Positions 37,984-47,038 of a stretch of DNA of 64,000 nucleotides are shown here, piece by piece (the stretch's first letter is position 1; each line of letters starts with the position of its first letter). The DNA lies in contig OZ219865.1 of NCBI GenBank assembly GCA_964291675.2, positions 192,001 through 256,000 of the forward strand. The letters are read 5' to 3'. The stretch comes from Alphaproteobacteria bacterium (GTDB taxonomy: Bacteria; Pseudomonadota; Alphaproteobacteria; MPNO01). Both the position numbers and the translations under genes were made by a program. The notes under the pieces were generated by a model. It was not told where the DNA came from, did no database searches, and saw nothing but the letters and a program-made list of their open reading frames with translations.

Positions 37984-38553
37984 ATGACCCGCGACACCGA
38001 GAGCGTCTTCGCCCAGGGGGCCGTCATCGTCCCCGACTTCGTCACCCCGGCCGAGGAGGAGCGCATCCTGCTGCGCATCGCCCAGGCGCCCTGGATGACC
38101 GAGCTGCGCCGGCGCGTGCAGCACTACGGCTACCGCTACGACTACCGGGGCGCCAGCCGCCCGGCCCCCGCCGCGCCGTTCCCGCGGTGGGCTGACGCGA
38201 TGGCGGATCGCCTGCGGGAGCATTTCGGCGGGGCGCTGCCGGTGCAGTGCATCGTCAACGAGTACCGCCCCGGCCAGGGGATCGGCATGCACGCCGACCA
38301 TGCGGATTTCGGGCCCGTCGTGGCGTCCCTGTCGCTTGCCGCCGACTGGCCGATGCGCTTCCGCCCGCGCTCGGTCCGCCCCTACGCCCGCGACGGGCTG
38401 CCGGGCGACGAGGTCGCGGTGCTGCCCCGCCGCTCGGTCCTCGTCCTCACAGGCGCCGCCCGCTCGGCGTGGATGCACGGCATCGACCGCGCCGACACCG
38501 CCGGTGAGTCGGCCACGCGCCTCTCCGCCACCTTCCGCACTATCGCGCAGTAG
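37984..38553 (+). CDS. AlkB-family 2OG-Fe(II) dioxygenase
   Basis: RRVQHYGYRYDY, IVNEYRPGQGIGMHAD (HxD), SLSL, WMHGI, RLSATFR. Confidence 0.92.
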   Translation: MTRDTESVFAQGAVIVPDFVTPAEEERILLRIAQAPWMTELRRRVQHYGYRYDYRGASRPAPAAPFPRWADAMADRLREHFGGALPVQCIVNEYRPGQGIGMHADHADFGPVVASLSLAADWPMRFRPRSVRPYARDGLPGDEVAVLPRRSVLVLTGAARSAWMHGIDRADTAGESATRLSATFRTIAQ

Positions 38554-38686
38554 GCCCCCGCCGGCTGCGCGCCCGCGCTGCGCGCGGGGCGCTTTGCCGG
38601 CCCGCCGAGAGCGGAGGGGCGCTTGCCCATGGTCGAAGCGCGGCAGGGCCGAGGGAAGCCGCCGCCCACGAACGGAGGATGACGGC

Positions 38687-39238
38687 ATGCGTGTCTACAA
38701 CCGCGACGAGGCTTGCGGCTTTCGGTTTACCCGGGAGATCTGGGGCGAGTTCAGCAACTTCGCGCCGCTGGCGGCGCCGATCGCCGCCGGCCCGTGGACG
38801 TTCCGAACGTCCGAGGCCCTGTACCAGGCGGCGAAGTTCGCCGCCGCGCCGGACGTGCAGCAGCGGATCGCCGACGCGCCGACGGCGCGCGAGGCCGCCG
38901 CCATCGGGCGCGGCACGGCGTCGGGCATGAACCCGGACTGGAACGCGCAGCGCGTGAACGCGATGCGCTGGGTGCTGCGCATGAAGCGCGATGCGAACGC
39001 CGCTTGGATCGACGCCGCGCTGGCGCGCAGCGGCGAGCGCGCGATCGTGGAGGTCTCGACCCGCGACGCCTGGTGGGGCGCCCAGCCTGCCGGCGACACC
39101 TACCGCGGCCAGAACGTGCTGGGCCGGCTCTGGATGGAGCTGCGCCGGCAGCTCCGCGACGGCGATCCCGCTTCGCGGGCCGCCGCGTGGACCGGCCGGA
39201 TCGAGGTCGGCCGGCTTGCCGATCCGCCCCGCGCCTGA
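38687..39238 (+). CDS. NADAR-family protein
   Basis: FSNFAP, TSEALYQAAKF, EAAAIGR, IVEVSTRDAWWG, GQNVLGRLWMELR. Confidence 0.9.
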   Translation: MRVYNRDEACGFRFTREIWGEFSNFAPLAAPIAAGPWTFRTSEALYQAAKFAAAPDVQQRIADAPTAREAAAIGRGTASGMNPDWNAQRVNAMRWVLRMKRDANAAWIDAALARSGERAIVEVSTRDAWWGAQPAGDTYRGQNVLGRLWMELRRQLRDGDPASRAAAWTGRIEVGRLADPPRA

Positions 39239-39400
39239 CCGGCGCATGGCCGCCGGCCTCGGGCCTGCCGGCCCGGCCTCGCGCCCGCGCTTCGCTCGGG
39301 GCGCTCGCCCCGCTTGCCCCGGACCCGTTCCGGGGGCTCCGCCAGGAGGCGGAGGCCGGCCGGTATGGGGCGTCCCGCAGGTCCCCGAAGGAGGTCCCCC

Positions 39401-40429
39401 ATGCACCACGGTCCGTCTCCCGCCGCCGCCGTCGCCGCGGCGCTCGCCGCGCGCGCCGAGGAGGTGTGCCGGCGCTATCTGCCGAACGGCCGCCGGCTCG
39501 GCCGCTACTGGATCTGCGGCGACCTCGACGGCGCTCGCGGCCGCTCGCTCTTCGTCCGCCTCTCCGGATCCGGCAAGCCGGGGAAGTGGACCGACGCCGC
39601 GACCGGCGAGCACGGCGACCTGCTCGATCTCATCCAGTACCGCACCAACGCGCCGACGCTGCGCGCGGCGCTCGACGAGGCGCGCGCGTTCCTCGCCCTG
39701 GAGCCTGCCCCCCCGGATCGGGGTCCGGGGCAGGCGGACCGCGTTCCGGGGGTGTCGGACGCGCCCTACGACGCGACCGAGGCGGCGCGCCGCCTGTGGC
39801 GGCGCTGCCGCGCGGTCGACGGCAGCCACGCCGAGCGCTATCTGCGGGCGCGGGGTCTGTCGCGCTGCCGCTTCGCGGCGCTGCGCTTCCATTCCGCGCT
39901 TCGCTACCGCGAAGGCTCGTCGGTGCGCCGGTTCCCGGCGCTGGTCGCCGCCGTCACCGGCGACGACGGTGCGATTACCGGGGTGCAGCGCACCTGGCTC
40001 GATCCGGACCGGCCCGCCCAGGCGGACATCGCGAACTCGCGCAAGGCGCTCGGCCGCATCTACGGCCTCGCGGTGCGCTTCGGCGTCCCCTCCGACGACG
40101 CTGCGCTCGTCGTCGGGGAGGGCATCGAGACCGTGCTCTCGCTGGTCACCGCCGTGCCGGAGATCACGGCGGCCGCCGCGCTCTCGGCCGGGAGCCTCGG
40201 CGCGTTCGCGCCTCCGCCCGGCGTCGCGCGCCTGGTGATCGCCCGCGACAGCGACGAGGACGGCGCGCTCGCGGCCGAACGCCTCGCCCGGCGCTGCGCG
40301 CGGCTCGGCATTGCCACGACTGTCGTCGTGCCTGTCGGCGACGACTTCAACGACGATCTGGTCGCGCTCGGCTCGGCGGCGCTGCGCGCCCGCTTCGCGC
40401 CGCTGTTCCCTCCCGCCGCGTGCCCCTGA
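39401..40429 (+). CDS. Plasmid-type Toprim-domain primase-like protein
   Basis: GKWTDAATGEHGDLLDLI, AERYLRARG, TGVQRTWL, VGEGIETVLS, IARDSD, DDFNDDL. Confidence 0.88.
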   Translation: MHHGPSPAAAVAAALAARAEEVCRRYLPNGRRLGRYWICGDLDGARGRSLFVRLSGSGKPGKWTDAATGEHGDLLDLIQYRTNAPTLRAALDEARAFLALEPAPPDRGPGQADRVPGVSDAPYDATEAARRLWRRCRAVDGSHAERYLRARGLSRCRFAALRFHSALRYREGSSVRRFPALVAAVTGDDGAITGVQRTWLDPDRPAQADIANSRKALGRIYGLAVRFGVPSDDAALVVGEGIETVLSLVTAVPEITAAAALSAGSLGAFAPPPGVARLVIARDSDEDGALAAERLARRCARLGIATTVVVPVGDDFNDDLVALGSAALRARFAPLFPPAACP

Positions 40430-40497
40430 TCCCGTCCAGCGGGAGGAAGAGAAGAGCGAGGGGTCGGGCGAGCCGACCCGGAGAGAGGAGGGAGGAC

Positions 40498-40833
40498 ATG
40501 CGCGCAATCGTGAACCTGCGCAGCGAGCCCTGGCTGCGCGAGAAGTTCGAATATGCGCAGGTCGTGAACAACACCGTGCTGATCGACCGCCGCACCCGCT
40601 GGGGAAATCCGTTCCGAATCGGCGGGCACGGTTCGAGAGAAGAAGCGATCGCCCGCTACCGCGCCGACCTTTGGCGCCGCATCCGCGCGGGCGAGATCGC
40701 GCTGGAAGAGCTCGCTGAGCTGGACGGGTGCTGGCTCGCCTGCTGGTGCGAGCCTCTACCCTGTCATGGCGACGTGCTGGCCAGGGCGGCGGCTTGGGCG
40801 TCGGGCGTCCTGGCGGAACGGGCAGATGCGTGA
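40498..40833 (+). CDS. DUF4326-like protein
   Basis: IDRRTRWGNPF...REEAIARY...LACWCEPLPCHGDVL. Confidence 0.85.
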   Translation: MRAIVNLRSEPWLREKFEYAQVVNNTVLIDRRTRWGNPFRIGGHGSREEAIARYRADLWRRIRAGEIALEELAELDGCWLACWCEPLPCHGDVLARAAAWASGVLAERADA

Positions 40834-40931
40834 CCCGGGTTCCGCGGTGCAGGTGGGTCGAGGGGTTTTGGGCGATGCCTTCGGCCCGGGCTATCCGCTG
40901 CAATCTCCACTCGCTGGCGCTCGCTCCGATT

Positions 40932-42786
40932 TCCGCTCCTATCCCTATCGCCTCCGGTCGCTGCGCTCCCTGCGCGCTCCGCTTGCCGCCGCCTGCGGCG
41001 GGCGCGGCCTTGCAGGCGGGTGCTCGACCGTTCGGCCTTCGGCACGCGCTGTCCGCTACGGGCCGGGAACCGTGTCCTCGCTCGCTGGCGCTCCCTGCGG
41101 GCCGCACCGCTTCCCGGCCCTCCGCTCCGGCGCTCTCACGGTCTCCGCTCCCGTCCTCGGCCGCGAAGCGGCTGGCGCCGCTTGGGGGGTGAGAAATACG
41201 CCACCCGACGTGATGTCCCATTGTGCCACGCGTGCTCCCTCCGCCAACCCGAAGGGTCCTCCGCTCCGCTCCGGCGCGAGGGGTTCCGCTAGGCAACGGA
41301 TCGGGGCGACCGTGGCTCAGGCCCAACCTCCGCTAAGGCCTTCGTCCCTCAGGCCTAAGCTCCGATAGGGCCTTGTGCCCGCACCACTCGCCCCGATCCG
41401 CCGCCAAGCTCCACCAGCCCCGCGTGGCTGCGGTCCGCGCGCGTGTCCCAACAGAACATCACATCGGGGATCGGCCTCGGACGTGAAACCGATCGCAAGG
41501 GAGATCGACATGAGCACCATCGAGAACATCGAGACCGGCGGGCAGTCCGTCACCGCGACCGTCTGCGAGAACGCGGCGCTGTTCGGCGCAGCCCCCGAGC
41601 GGGACGAGTTCGACAGCCGCGACGTCTGGGACCGCGACGATGCCAGCGACGCGGTGAGCGAGGCCTTCCGCATCCTGGCCCAGGGCGTCGCGCCCGACGG
41701 GGTCCAGCTCGCCGACGAGCGCGAGAGCCTGCTCTGGGGCTTCGTCAACTGCCTCGACAGCCAGACCCAGCGCCTCGACCGCGCCGCCGACAAGCTGATG
41801 CCCGAGATCCGCGACCTCCAGCGCGCCCAGGACGGCACCGAGATCAAATCCCGCGAGCTGGAACTGGTCACCGACCGGGCGCAGAACCTTACCGACCGCC
41901 GCGACGCCTTCGAGACCCTGCGCGACGAGGCCGCCGAGGCCTACCGGGTCGAGACCGGCAACGTCTGGCGGCCGCGGCGCGGGTCGCACGTCTCGCAGAC
42001 CGGCAAGCTGACCTCCGCCGCCATTGACGCCCGCGACTACATCCGCGCGAGGAAGGACCGCGAGACCATGGCCCATCTGCCGCAGGGCACCCTCGTCGCC
42101 ATCGCCGGCGGCAAGGACATCGCGGACCCGGCGGCGGTGATCGCCCGGCTCGACAAGGCCCGCGAGAAGTACGCCGACATGGTGCTCGTCCACGGCGGCG
42201 GCCCCGGCGTCGAGAAGATCGCGGCACGCTGGGCCGAGCGCAACGGCGTCCACCAGATCGTCTGCAAGCCGGACTGGGACCGCCACGGACGGGCCGCCCC
42301 GTTCCGCCGCAACGACGAGCTCCTCAACCTCCTGCCGAAGGGCGTCATCGCGTTCCCCGGCTCTGGCATCACCGAGAACCTCGTCGACAAGGCGCGGCAG
42401 CTCGGCATTCCGGTCCAGCGCGTCGCGGCCTGACCGCGGCGACCGGGCGGGCCGCGTCGTCATCCTCGGCAACGGGCGGTGACGGCGCGGCCCGTTTCCG
42501 CGTGCGCACATCGGTGGCCCGGCGACGCCCTCCTCGCGCGCGCTACGCGCGGCGCTCGTGCTCCGCGGCGGCTCCGCCGCTCTTCCCCCGCACCCGCAAA
42601 CGCGGTCGATGCACGACCGCGTCGAGTCCCGTGCGCCGAAGATCGTGACGGCCGTGCCGAGCGCTGCCACCGGTTTGGGCGCGTCGCTTCGCGACCGGGC
42701 TCTCCGCTCCTATCGCCGCTGCGCGGCGATACCGCTGCGATCCCTCGCGCCTCCGCGTCCTTCGGACGCTGCGCGCTCCGCTTGCC
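40932..42786. repeat. Two CGCT-rich non-coding tracts (~40900-41450 and ~42440-43000) sharing exact repeats
   Basis: ctgcgcgctccgcttgcc at 40970-40987 and 42769-42786; tccgctcctatc at 40932-40943 and 42703-42714. Confidence 0.65.
41510..42433 (+). CDS. DUF2493/YspA-type SLOG protein
   Basis: VAIAGGKD, VLVHGGGPGVEKIAARWA, PDWDRHGRAAPFRRND, IAFPGSGITENL. Confidence 0.85.
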   Translation: MSTIENIETGGQSVTATVCENAALFGAAPERDEFDSRDVWDRDDASDAVSEAFRILAQGVAPDGVQLADERESLLWGFVNCLDSQTQRLDRAADKLMPEIRDLQRAQDGTEIKSRELELVTDRAQNLTDRRDAFETLRDEAAEAYRVETGNVWRPRRGSHVSQTGKLTSAAIDARDYIRARKDRETMAHLPQGTLVAIAGGKDIADPAAVIARLDKAREKYADMVLVHGGGPGVEKIAARWAERNGVHQIVCKPDWDRHGRAAPFRRNDELLNLLPKGVIAFPGSGITENLVDKARQLGIPVQRVAA

Positions 42787-43039
42787 CGGCGGCTCGCTAC
42801 ACTCGCCGCCGCCCGGACGACCCGTTCGCGGCGAGGCTCAACCGCCTCGACCGTCGAACCGCCGTTCCCTCCGCGCGCGCTACGCGCCCCACTCGTGCGC
42901 AGCCTGCTCCGGACCACGACCCCGGCGCCGTCCGCTCAATCGCCGCGGCGGCTCCCCTCCGCCGGGTTCCCCGGCGTCGATTCCCCCATCGCGAATGCCG
43001 CCCGATGCGGTCTCTTCTGACCGCGGGGCGGCTGTTTCT

Positions 43040-43065
43040 CCACACCCCACGCAGCTTGCTGCAAG
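43040..43065 (-). other. oriT: MOB-F nic site, predicted nick between 43042 and 43041 on the - strand
   Basis: - strand reads cttgcagcaag-c-TGCGTGGGGTGT^GG; 14-nt identity to the F nic sequence, preceded by a small IR, in a non-coding gap beside the relaxase region. Confidence 0.85.
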
Positions 43066-43210
43066 AGGGCGCATGCGCGCGCGGAGCGTGCCTTTGGCGT
43101 GCCTTGTCGGCGCCATTGCGCGCCCGCGGGCGCCAGCGTCTTGTTGGAGCGAGTCGATGCTCTGGGGAACCGCCGCGAAGCTGTTGGAATCGCGTGCTTT
43201 TTTCGGGCAT

Positions 43211-43294
43211 GGTTCTCCAGGGAACCGCCCGGATCGCCCCCGAGGTTCTCCGGAGAAGCGCCGATTCCAGCCCGCGCTTCTCCGGAGAAGCGCG
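43211..43294. repeat. Three related palindromes next to oriT
   Basis: ggttctccagggaacc (43211-43226, imperfect), ttctccggagaa (43246-43257), cgcgcttctccggagaagcgcg (43273-43294, perfect 22 bp). Confidence 0.75.
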
Positions 43295-43506
43295 CTCAAG
43301 GCCGGCGCATCTCCGATCCCGGACCGCTAACGGCCGGCGTTCAGGACACGCGCGAGGACGTCATCGATGTGGGCAAGCGCGGCATGGGCGCCGCGGGGAA
43401 CAAGCCGTTCGTCGCCTCGCACCGGAGCGGCCGGGGAGGGATCCCGCTCCCGCGGGCCGCCTGACACCGGCGGGCGGACCGGTCTCCAGCCGCGGCGCCG
43501 ACAACG

Positions 43507-43899
43507 CTAATCCGCCTCCGTGTGCCCGCTTTCCCCGCCCGGACCGCCGCCGATCAGCTCGTCCTGGAGCCCGCGCGCGCCGGCGATCAGCGCGTCCAGC
43601 TCGGCCTCGCGTCCGTCGTCGAGCATGTCGGCGCGCAGTTTCGACACCAGGATGTGGGCCGCCCGGAAGGTCAGTTCGATGAGCGGCGCCACCCGGTCCG
43701 CCGCCGCGCCCGCCGGCGGGCCGTCCGCCACCGCCGCCAGCGCGGCGAAGCGGACGAACTCCGGGCCCGTCAGGCCGCGTTCCTGGGCGGCGGCCTCGAT
43801 GCGTTCCCACTCCGGATCGAGGAACCGGATCGAATGCGGGTTGCGTTTCTCCGTCCTGCCGGTCTCGTCCGGGGCCGTTTCGGGCTGTTTATCGTCCAT
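43507..43899 (-). CDS. Ribbon-helix-helix-like protein, probable relaxosome accessory factor
   Basis: PHSIRFLDPEWERIEAAAQERGLTGPEFVRFAAL; sits between the relaxase and oriT. Confidence 0.7.
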   Translation of the reverse strand: MDDKQPETAPDETGRTEKRNPHSIRFLDPEWERIEAAAQERGLTGPEFVRFAALAAVADGPPAGAAADRVAPLIELTFRAAHILVSKLRADMLDDGREAELDALIAGARGLQDELIGGGPGGESGHTEAD

Positions 43900-43980
43900 T
43901 CCGTTGTTCCCGTGGTTCCGGTTTGCCGCCAGGGGCGGCCGTTTTCGCACCTCCGCCGGAGGATCCGGCGGGCCGGCGCG

Positions 43981-46900
43981 CTACAGTCCGAGGTCCATGC
44001 CACCCCGGCCGCGCCCGGGCGCCGGCGAATCCGGCGTCTTCGAAGGGCTTTTCGCGGGCGTCTCCGCCTCCTCCCGCCCTCTGCCGGACTCCCGTTCGGC
44101 CCCGCGGTCCGGGCGCAGTCCGCGGTCCTGTTCGGCTTCTGCCCCCTTCTGCGGCGCGTCGCGCTTCATCTCGCCGACGCCTTCGAGCGCCGCGATGCGC
44201 TCGCCGGTGACGGCTTCGAGCTGCGCCTTCAGCTCTTCGGCGTTGTCCGTGACGAGCTCCGCCCGGTCCCGCGCCCGGCTGATCTCGACATAGAAGCTCT
44301 TCTGCGTGGTGAGATGCTTGTGCCTGGCCTCCATCGCGGCGATCACGTTGTCCACCGTGCGGCCCTGGAAGGCGTGGACGGTGGAGGCCCAGGCGTGGTC
44401 GAGATGGCGCAGCTGCGGGTCGCCCTTGCCCAGTTCGAGCGTCTTGCCGTCCTCCAGCCGGAACGTCACCCGCCCGTTGGCGACCCTGAGAACCTCCGCC
44501 GTGCGGCTGTTGACCAGCCCGAGCCCGGCGTCGTTGCGGGTCCAGCGGATGCGGTCGCCGGCACGCAGCTCGATGTCTTCCGCGCGAAAGACCTCGCTGC
44601 CGCCCCGGCGCCCGCCGATCTCGCCCGGCTTCCAGGCGACGGAGCCGCCCCTGCCGTCGTCGAGGAGCACCGCGCGGGCCTTGTGATCCACCGCGACCAC
44701 CTGCCGCTCGTCGCCCTTGTCGACGCCGATGCGCTTGTAGGGGCGGTGGAAGGCCACCGTATCGCCGACCGAATAGTTGCCGGCGAGCGCCTTCTCGGCG
44801 TCGGTGTAGCCCCTGGAGACCAGCCGTTCGGACTCCATGGTCGGCCCATGGATGCGGCCCTCGCGGGCGAGGCGCTCGCGGATATGACCGTTGATCGCCT
44901 GGCGCAGCTCGTGGGAGGGCGCCATCACGCCGGTATTGGCGCGCGCGTCGGCGTCGAGCCGGAGCCAGCGGGCCGCGACCGCGCCCGCGATATTGTCGGG
45001 TTTGACCTCCGCGACGTTGCTTCCGAGCTTCTCGAAGGCGCGCTCGATGTCGCCCTTGAGGCTCGCCAGGACCGCTTCCTTCAGGGCGGGATCGCGCTGG
45101 CGCATGATCTCGTCCATCGTCGCGGTCTGCATCCCGGCGGCCTGGAGCTGGGCGAAGGGTTTGCCCGCGTCCACCGCGTCGAGCTGTTTCGCGTCGCCCA
45201 CCAGCACCACGCGGGGGATGCGGAGCGCGTTGGCGATGCGCAGCAGGTCTCTTGCCTGGACGGTGGACGCCAGCGAGCCTTCGTCGACCACCAGGATGGT
45301 CTTCGCGAACGCCGCGCGCATCTCCCTGGCGCCCTTCCTCGTGAGCCTGCCCTCTGCCACGCCGGCGTTGCGGGCGAGGAAGCGCTGCAGGGTTTCTGAC
45401 TCGATGCCCGCCTCGGAGGCGAGCGTCTGCACAGCGGAGGCCGAGGGCGCGAGGCCCGTCATGCGGTATCCCTTCTTCTCCGCGAGGACCCGCGCCCGGT
45501 TCAGCATGGTGGTCTTGCCGGTGCCGGCGTAGCCCTGGACGCCGACCGTGCGGTCTTTCGCCGACAGGATCAGCTTCACCGCGTCCTTCTGCCCGGCCGT
45601 CAGCGGTCCCTTGTTGAGATGCCCCTGGACCTGCCAGCTCCGCATCGGCGCCCGGCCACGGCCCTGTCCGCCCCGCCAAAGGGCCACCGCCTCGCGCTCC
45701 TCGCCCACGGTCCGGTCGGTGGCGAGCGAGTCCTCGGCGCCGGGGATGTTCACCGTATGCAGGGTCCCGGCCTTCTCCAGCGCCGCGACTTCGCGCTCGA
45801 CGTCCCCGATCGCGACCGCACCTGGCCTATGGGCGAGCGCCGCGGCAAGCAGATCGGTGCGGGCGAACACCGCCTCCCGCTCCGACAGGTGCGCCATCGC
45901 CCAGGCGACCGCCTCCGTGGCAGGCGATGCCGATGCCGTTTCCGGGGAAGACTCTCGCTCGCTGCCGAGGGAGCGATCCGTCGACGCGACCCCCGCGCGG
46001 CTGCCGGGCTCTTCCCTGCCTTCGGTATCCGGGAGCGCCGGCGCAGCCGGCTCCGGTCCCCTGCCCGGTCGGGCCGCCTGTTCCGCCCCTGCGTCCCGCT
46101 CCGCCGAGGCCGGTCTGCCCATGGCCCCGGCCGCCAGCACGCGGGCATCGAGTCCCAGATCCGCGGCCTGCCGCTGCCAGACGCCCCTGAGTTCGTCCCG
46201 GTCGATGTCGCGCTTGCCGGCCCGGGTCATCAGCGCCGCGCGCTCGGCGAGGCGCGGATTGTCCGCCGAACTGCCGAGATTGCGTTCCGCCATCGCCGCC
46301 TCGATCTCGGCGCGGCGGCTGGAAAACGCCTCGATCGCTTCCCGCGGCACGCCGGCGATCTCGAAGCGGCCGTCCGCGTGGCTCTTCTCGATGCCGTAGC
46401 CGAGCCGCGACAGCGACGCGGCGAGCTCGCTGCGGTAGAGCATGCCGATCAGCTTCTGCTTCGCATACAGCCCCTCGTTGGCCATGGTGCGCCACTTGCC
46501 GTCCTCCCCCTTGACCATGTTGGCCAGCACCGCGTGGGTGTGGAGCTGCGGATCGAGGTTGCGCGAGGTGTCGTGCCGGAAGGTGGCGGCGACGATCTTC
46601 TGGTTGCCCACACGCGCCATCTTCCCCGTATCGGGCTCCTTCATGCGGGTCTCGGCGGCGTTCTTCTCGATCCAGGCCAGCGTCGCGGCTACCGCGTGGT
46701 CGTGGGCCTCGACGATGCGCCGGTCGCCGCCGACCAGGGCGGCGAGGGAGACCGATTTGGGCGCGCTGAAGGTGAGGTCTCGGCCGGGCCGATGCACGAT
46801 CTCCCCGTCCTTGCCGCGCTTGCCGAGCCGCCGCCCCGAGTCGTCCGGCACCCGGCCTTCGAGGACCGCGCGGAAGGTCTTCGGGTCGACGGGACCCTTC

Positions 46901-47037
46901 AGGCCGAGCTCTTCGGCCCCCCTGCCGGCCCAGGCGCTGGCCGCGCGGTGCTCGGGATCGTCCTTCGCGTAGTAGCCGTCGCGCTCGTAGTAGGACGCGC
47001 CCTGGGCGGCCGAACTCAGCGCGCCGATCGACAGCAT
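43981..47037 (-). CDS. traI: MOB-F relaxase-helicase (TrwC/TraI type)
   Basis: SYYERDGYY, DLTFSAPKSVS, FRHDTSRNLDPQLHTHAV, GYAGTGKTT, VVDEGS, LVGDAKQL, STVHAFQGRT. Confidence 0.96.
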   Translation of the reverse strand: MLSIGALSSAAQGASYYERDGYYAKDDPEHRAASAWAGRGAEELGLKGPVDPKTFRAVLEGRVPDDSGRRLGKRGKDGEIVHRPGRDLTFSAPKSVSLAALVGGDRRIVEAHDHAVAATLAWIEKNAAETRMKEPDTGKMARVGNQKIVAATFRHDTSRNLDPQLHTHAVLANMVKGEDGKWRTMANEGLYAKQKLIGMLYRSELAASLSRLGYGIEKSHADGRFEIAGVPREAIEAFSSRRAEIEAAMAERNLGSSADNPRLAERAALMTRAGKRDIDRDELRGVWQRQAADLGLDARVLAAGAMGRPASAERDAGAEQAARPGRGPEPAAPALPDTEGREEPGSRAGVASTDRSLGSERESSPETASASPATEAVAWAMAHLSEREAVFARTDLLAAALAHRPGAVAIGDVEREVAALEKAGTLHTVNIPGAEDSLATDRTVGEEREAVALWRGGQGRGRAPMRSWQVQGHLNKGPLTAGQKDAVKLILSAKDRTVGVQGYAGTGKTTMLNRARVLAEKKGYRMTGLAPSASAVQTLASEAGIESETLQRFLARNAGVAEGRLTRKGAREMRAAFAKTILVVDEGSLASTVQARDLLRIANALRIPRVVLVGDAKQLDAVDAGKPFAQLQAAGMQTATMDEIMRQRDPALKEAVLASLKGDIERAFEKLGSNVAEVKPDNIAGAVAARWLRLDADARANTGVMAPSHELRQAINGHIRERLAREGRIHGPTMESERLVSRGYTDAEKALAGNYSVGDTVAFHRPYKRIGVDKGDERQVVAVDHKARAVLLDDGRGGSVAWKPGEIGGRRGGSEVFRAEDIELRAGDRIRWTRNDAGLGLVNSRTAEVLRVANGRVTFRLEDGKTLELGKGDPQLRHLDHAWASTVHAFQGRTVDNVIAAMEARHKHLTTQKSFYVEISRARDRAELVTDNAEELKAQLEAVTGERIAALEGVGEMKRDAPQKGAEAEQDRGLRPDRGAERESGRGREEAETPAKSPSKTPDSPAPGRGRGGMDLGL

Positions 47038-47038
47038 G

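Noticed and set aside
38540-41326. 928-aa antisense ORF and 706-aa sense ORF (38713-40833)
   Set aside because: Arg/Pro/Ala-rich shadow frames; only the last 111 aa of the sense ORF (DUF4326-like) is credible
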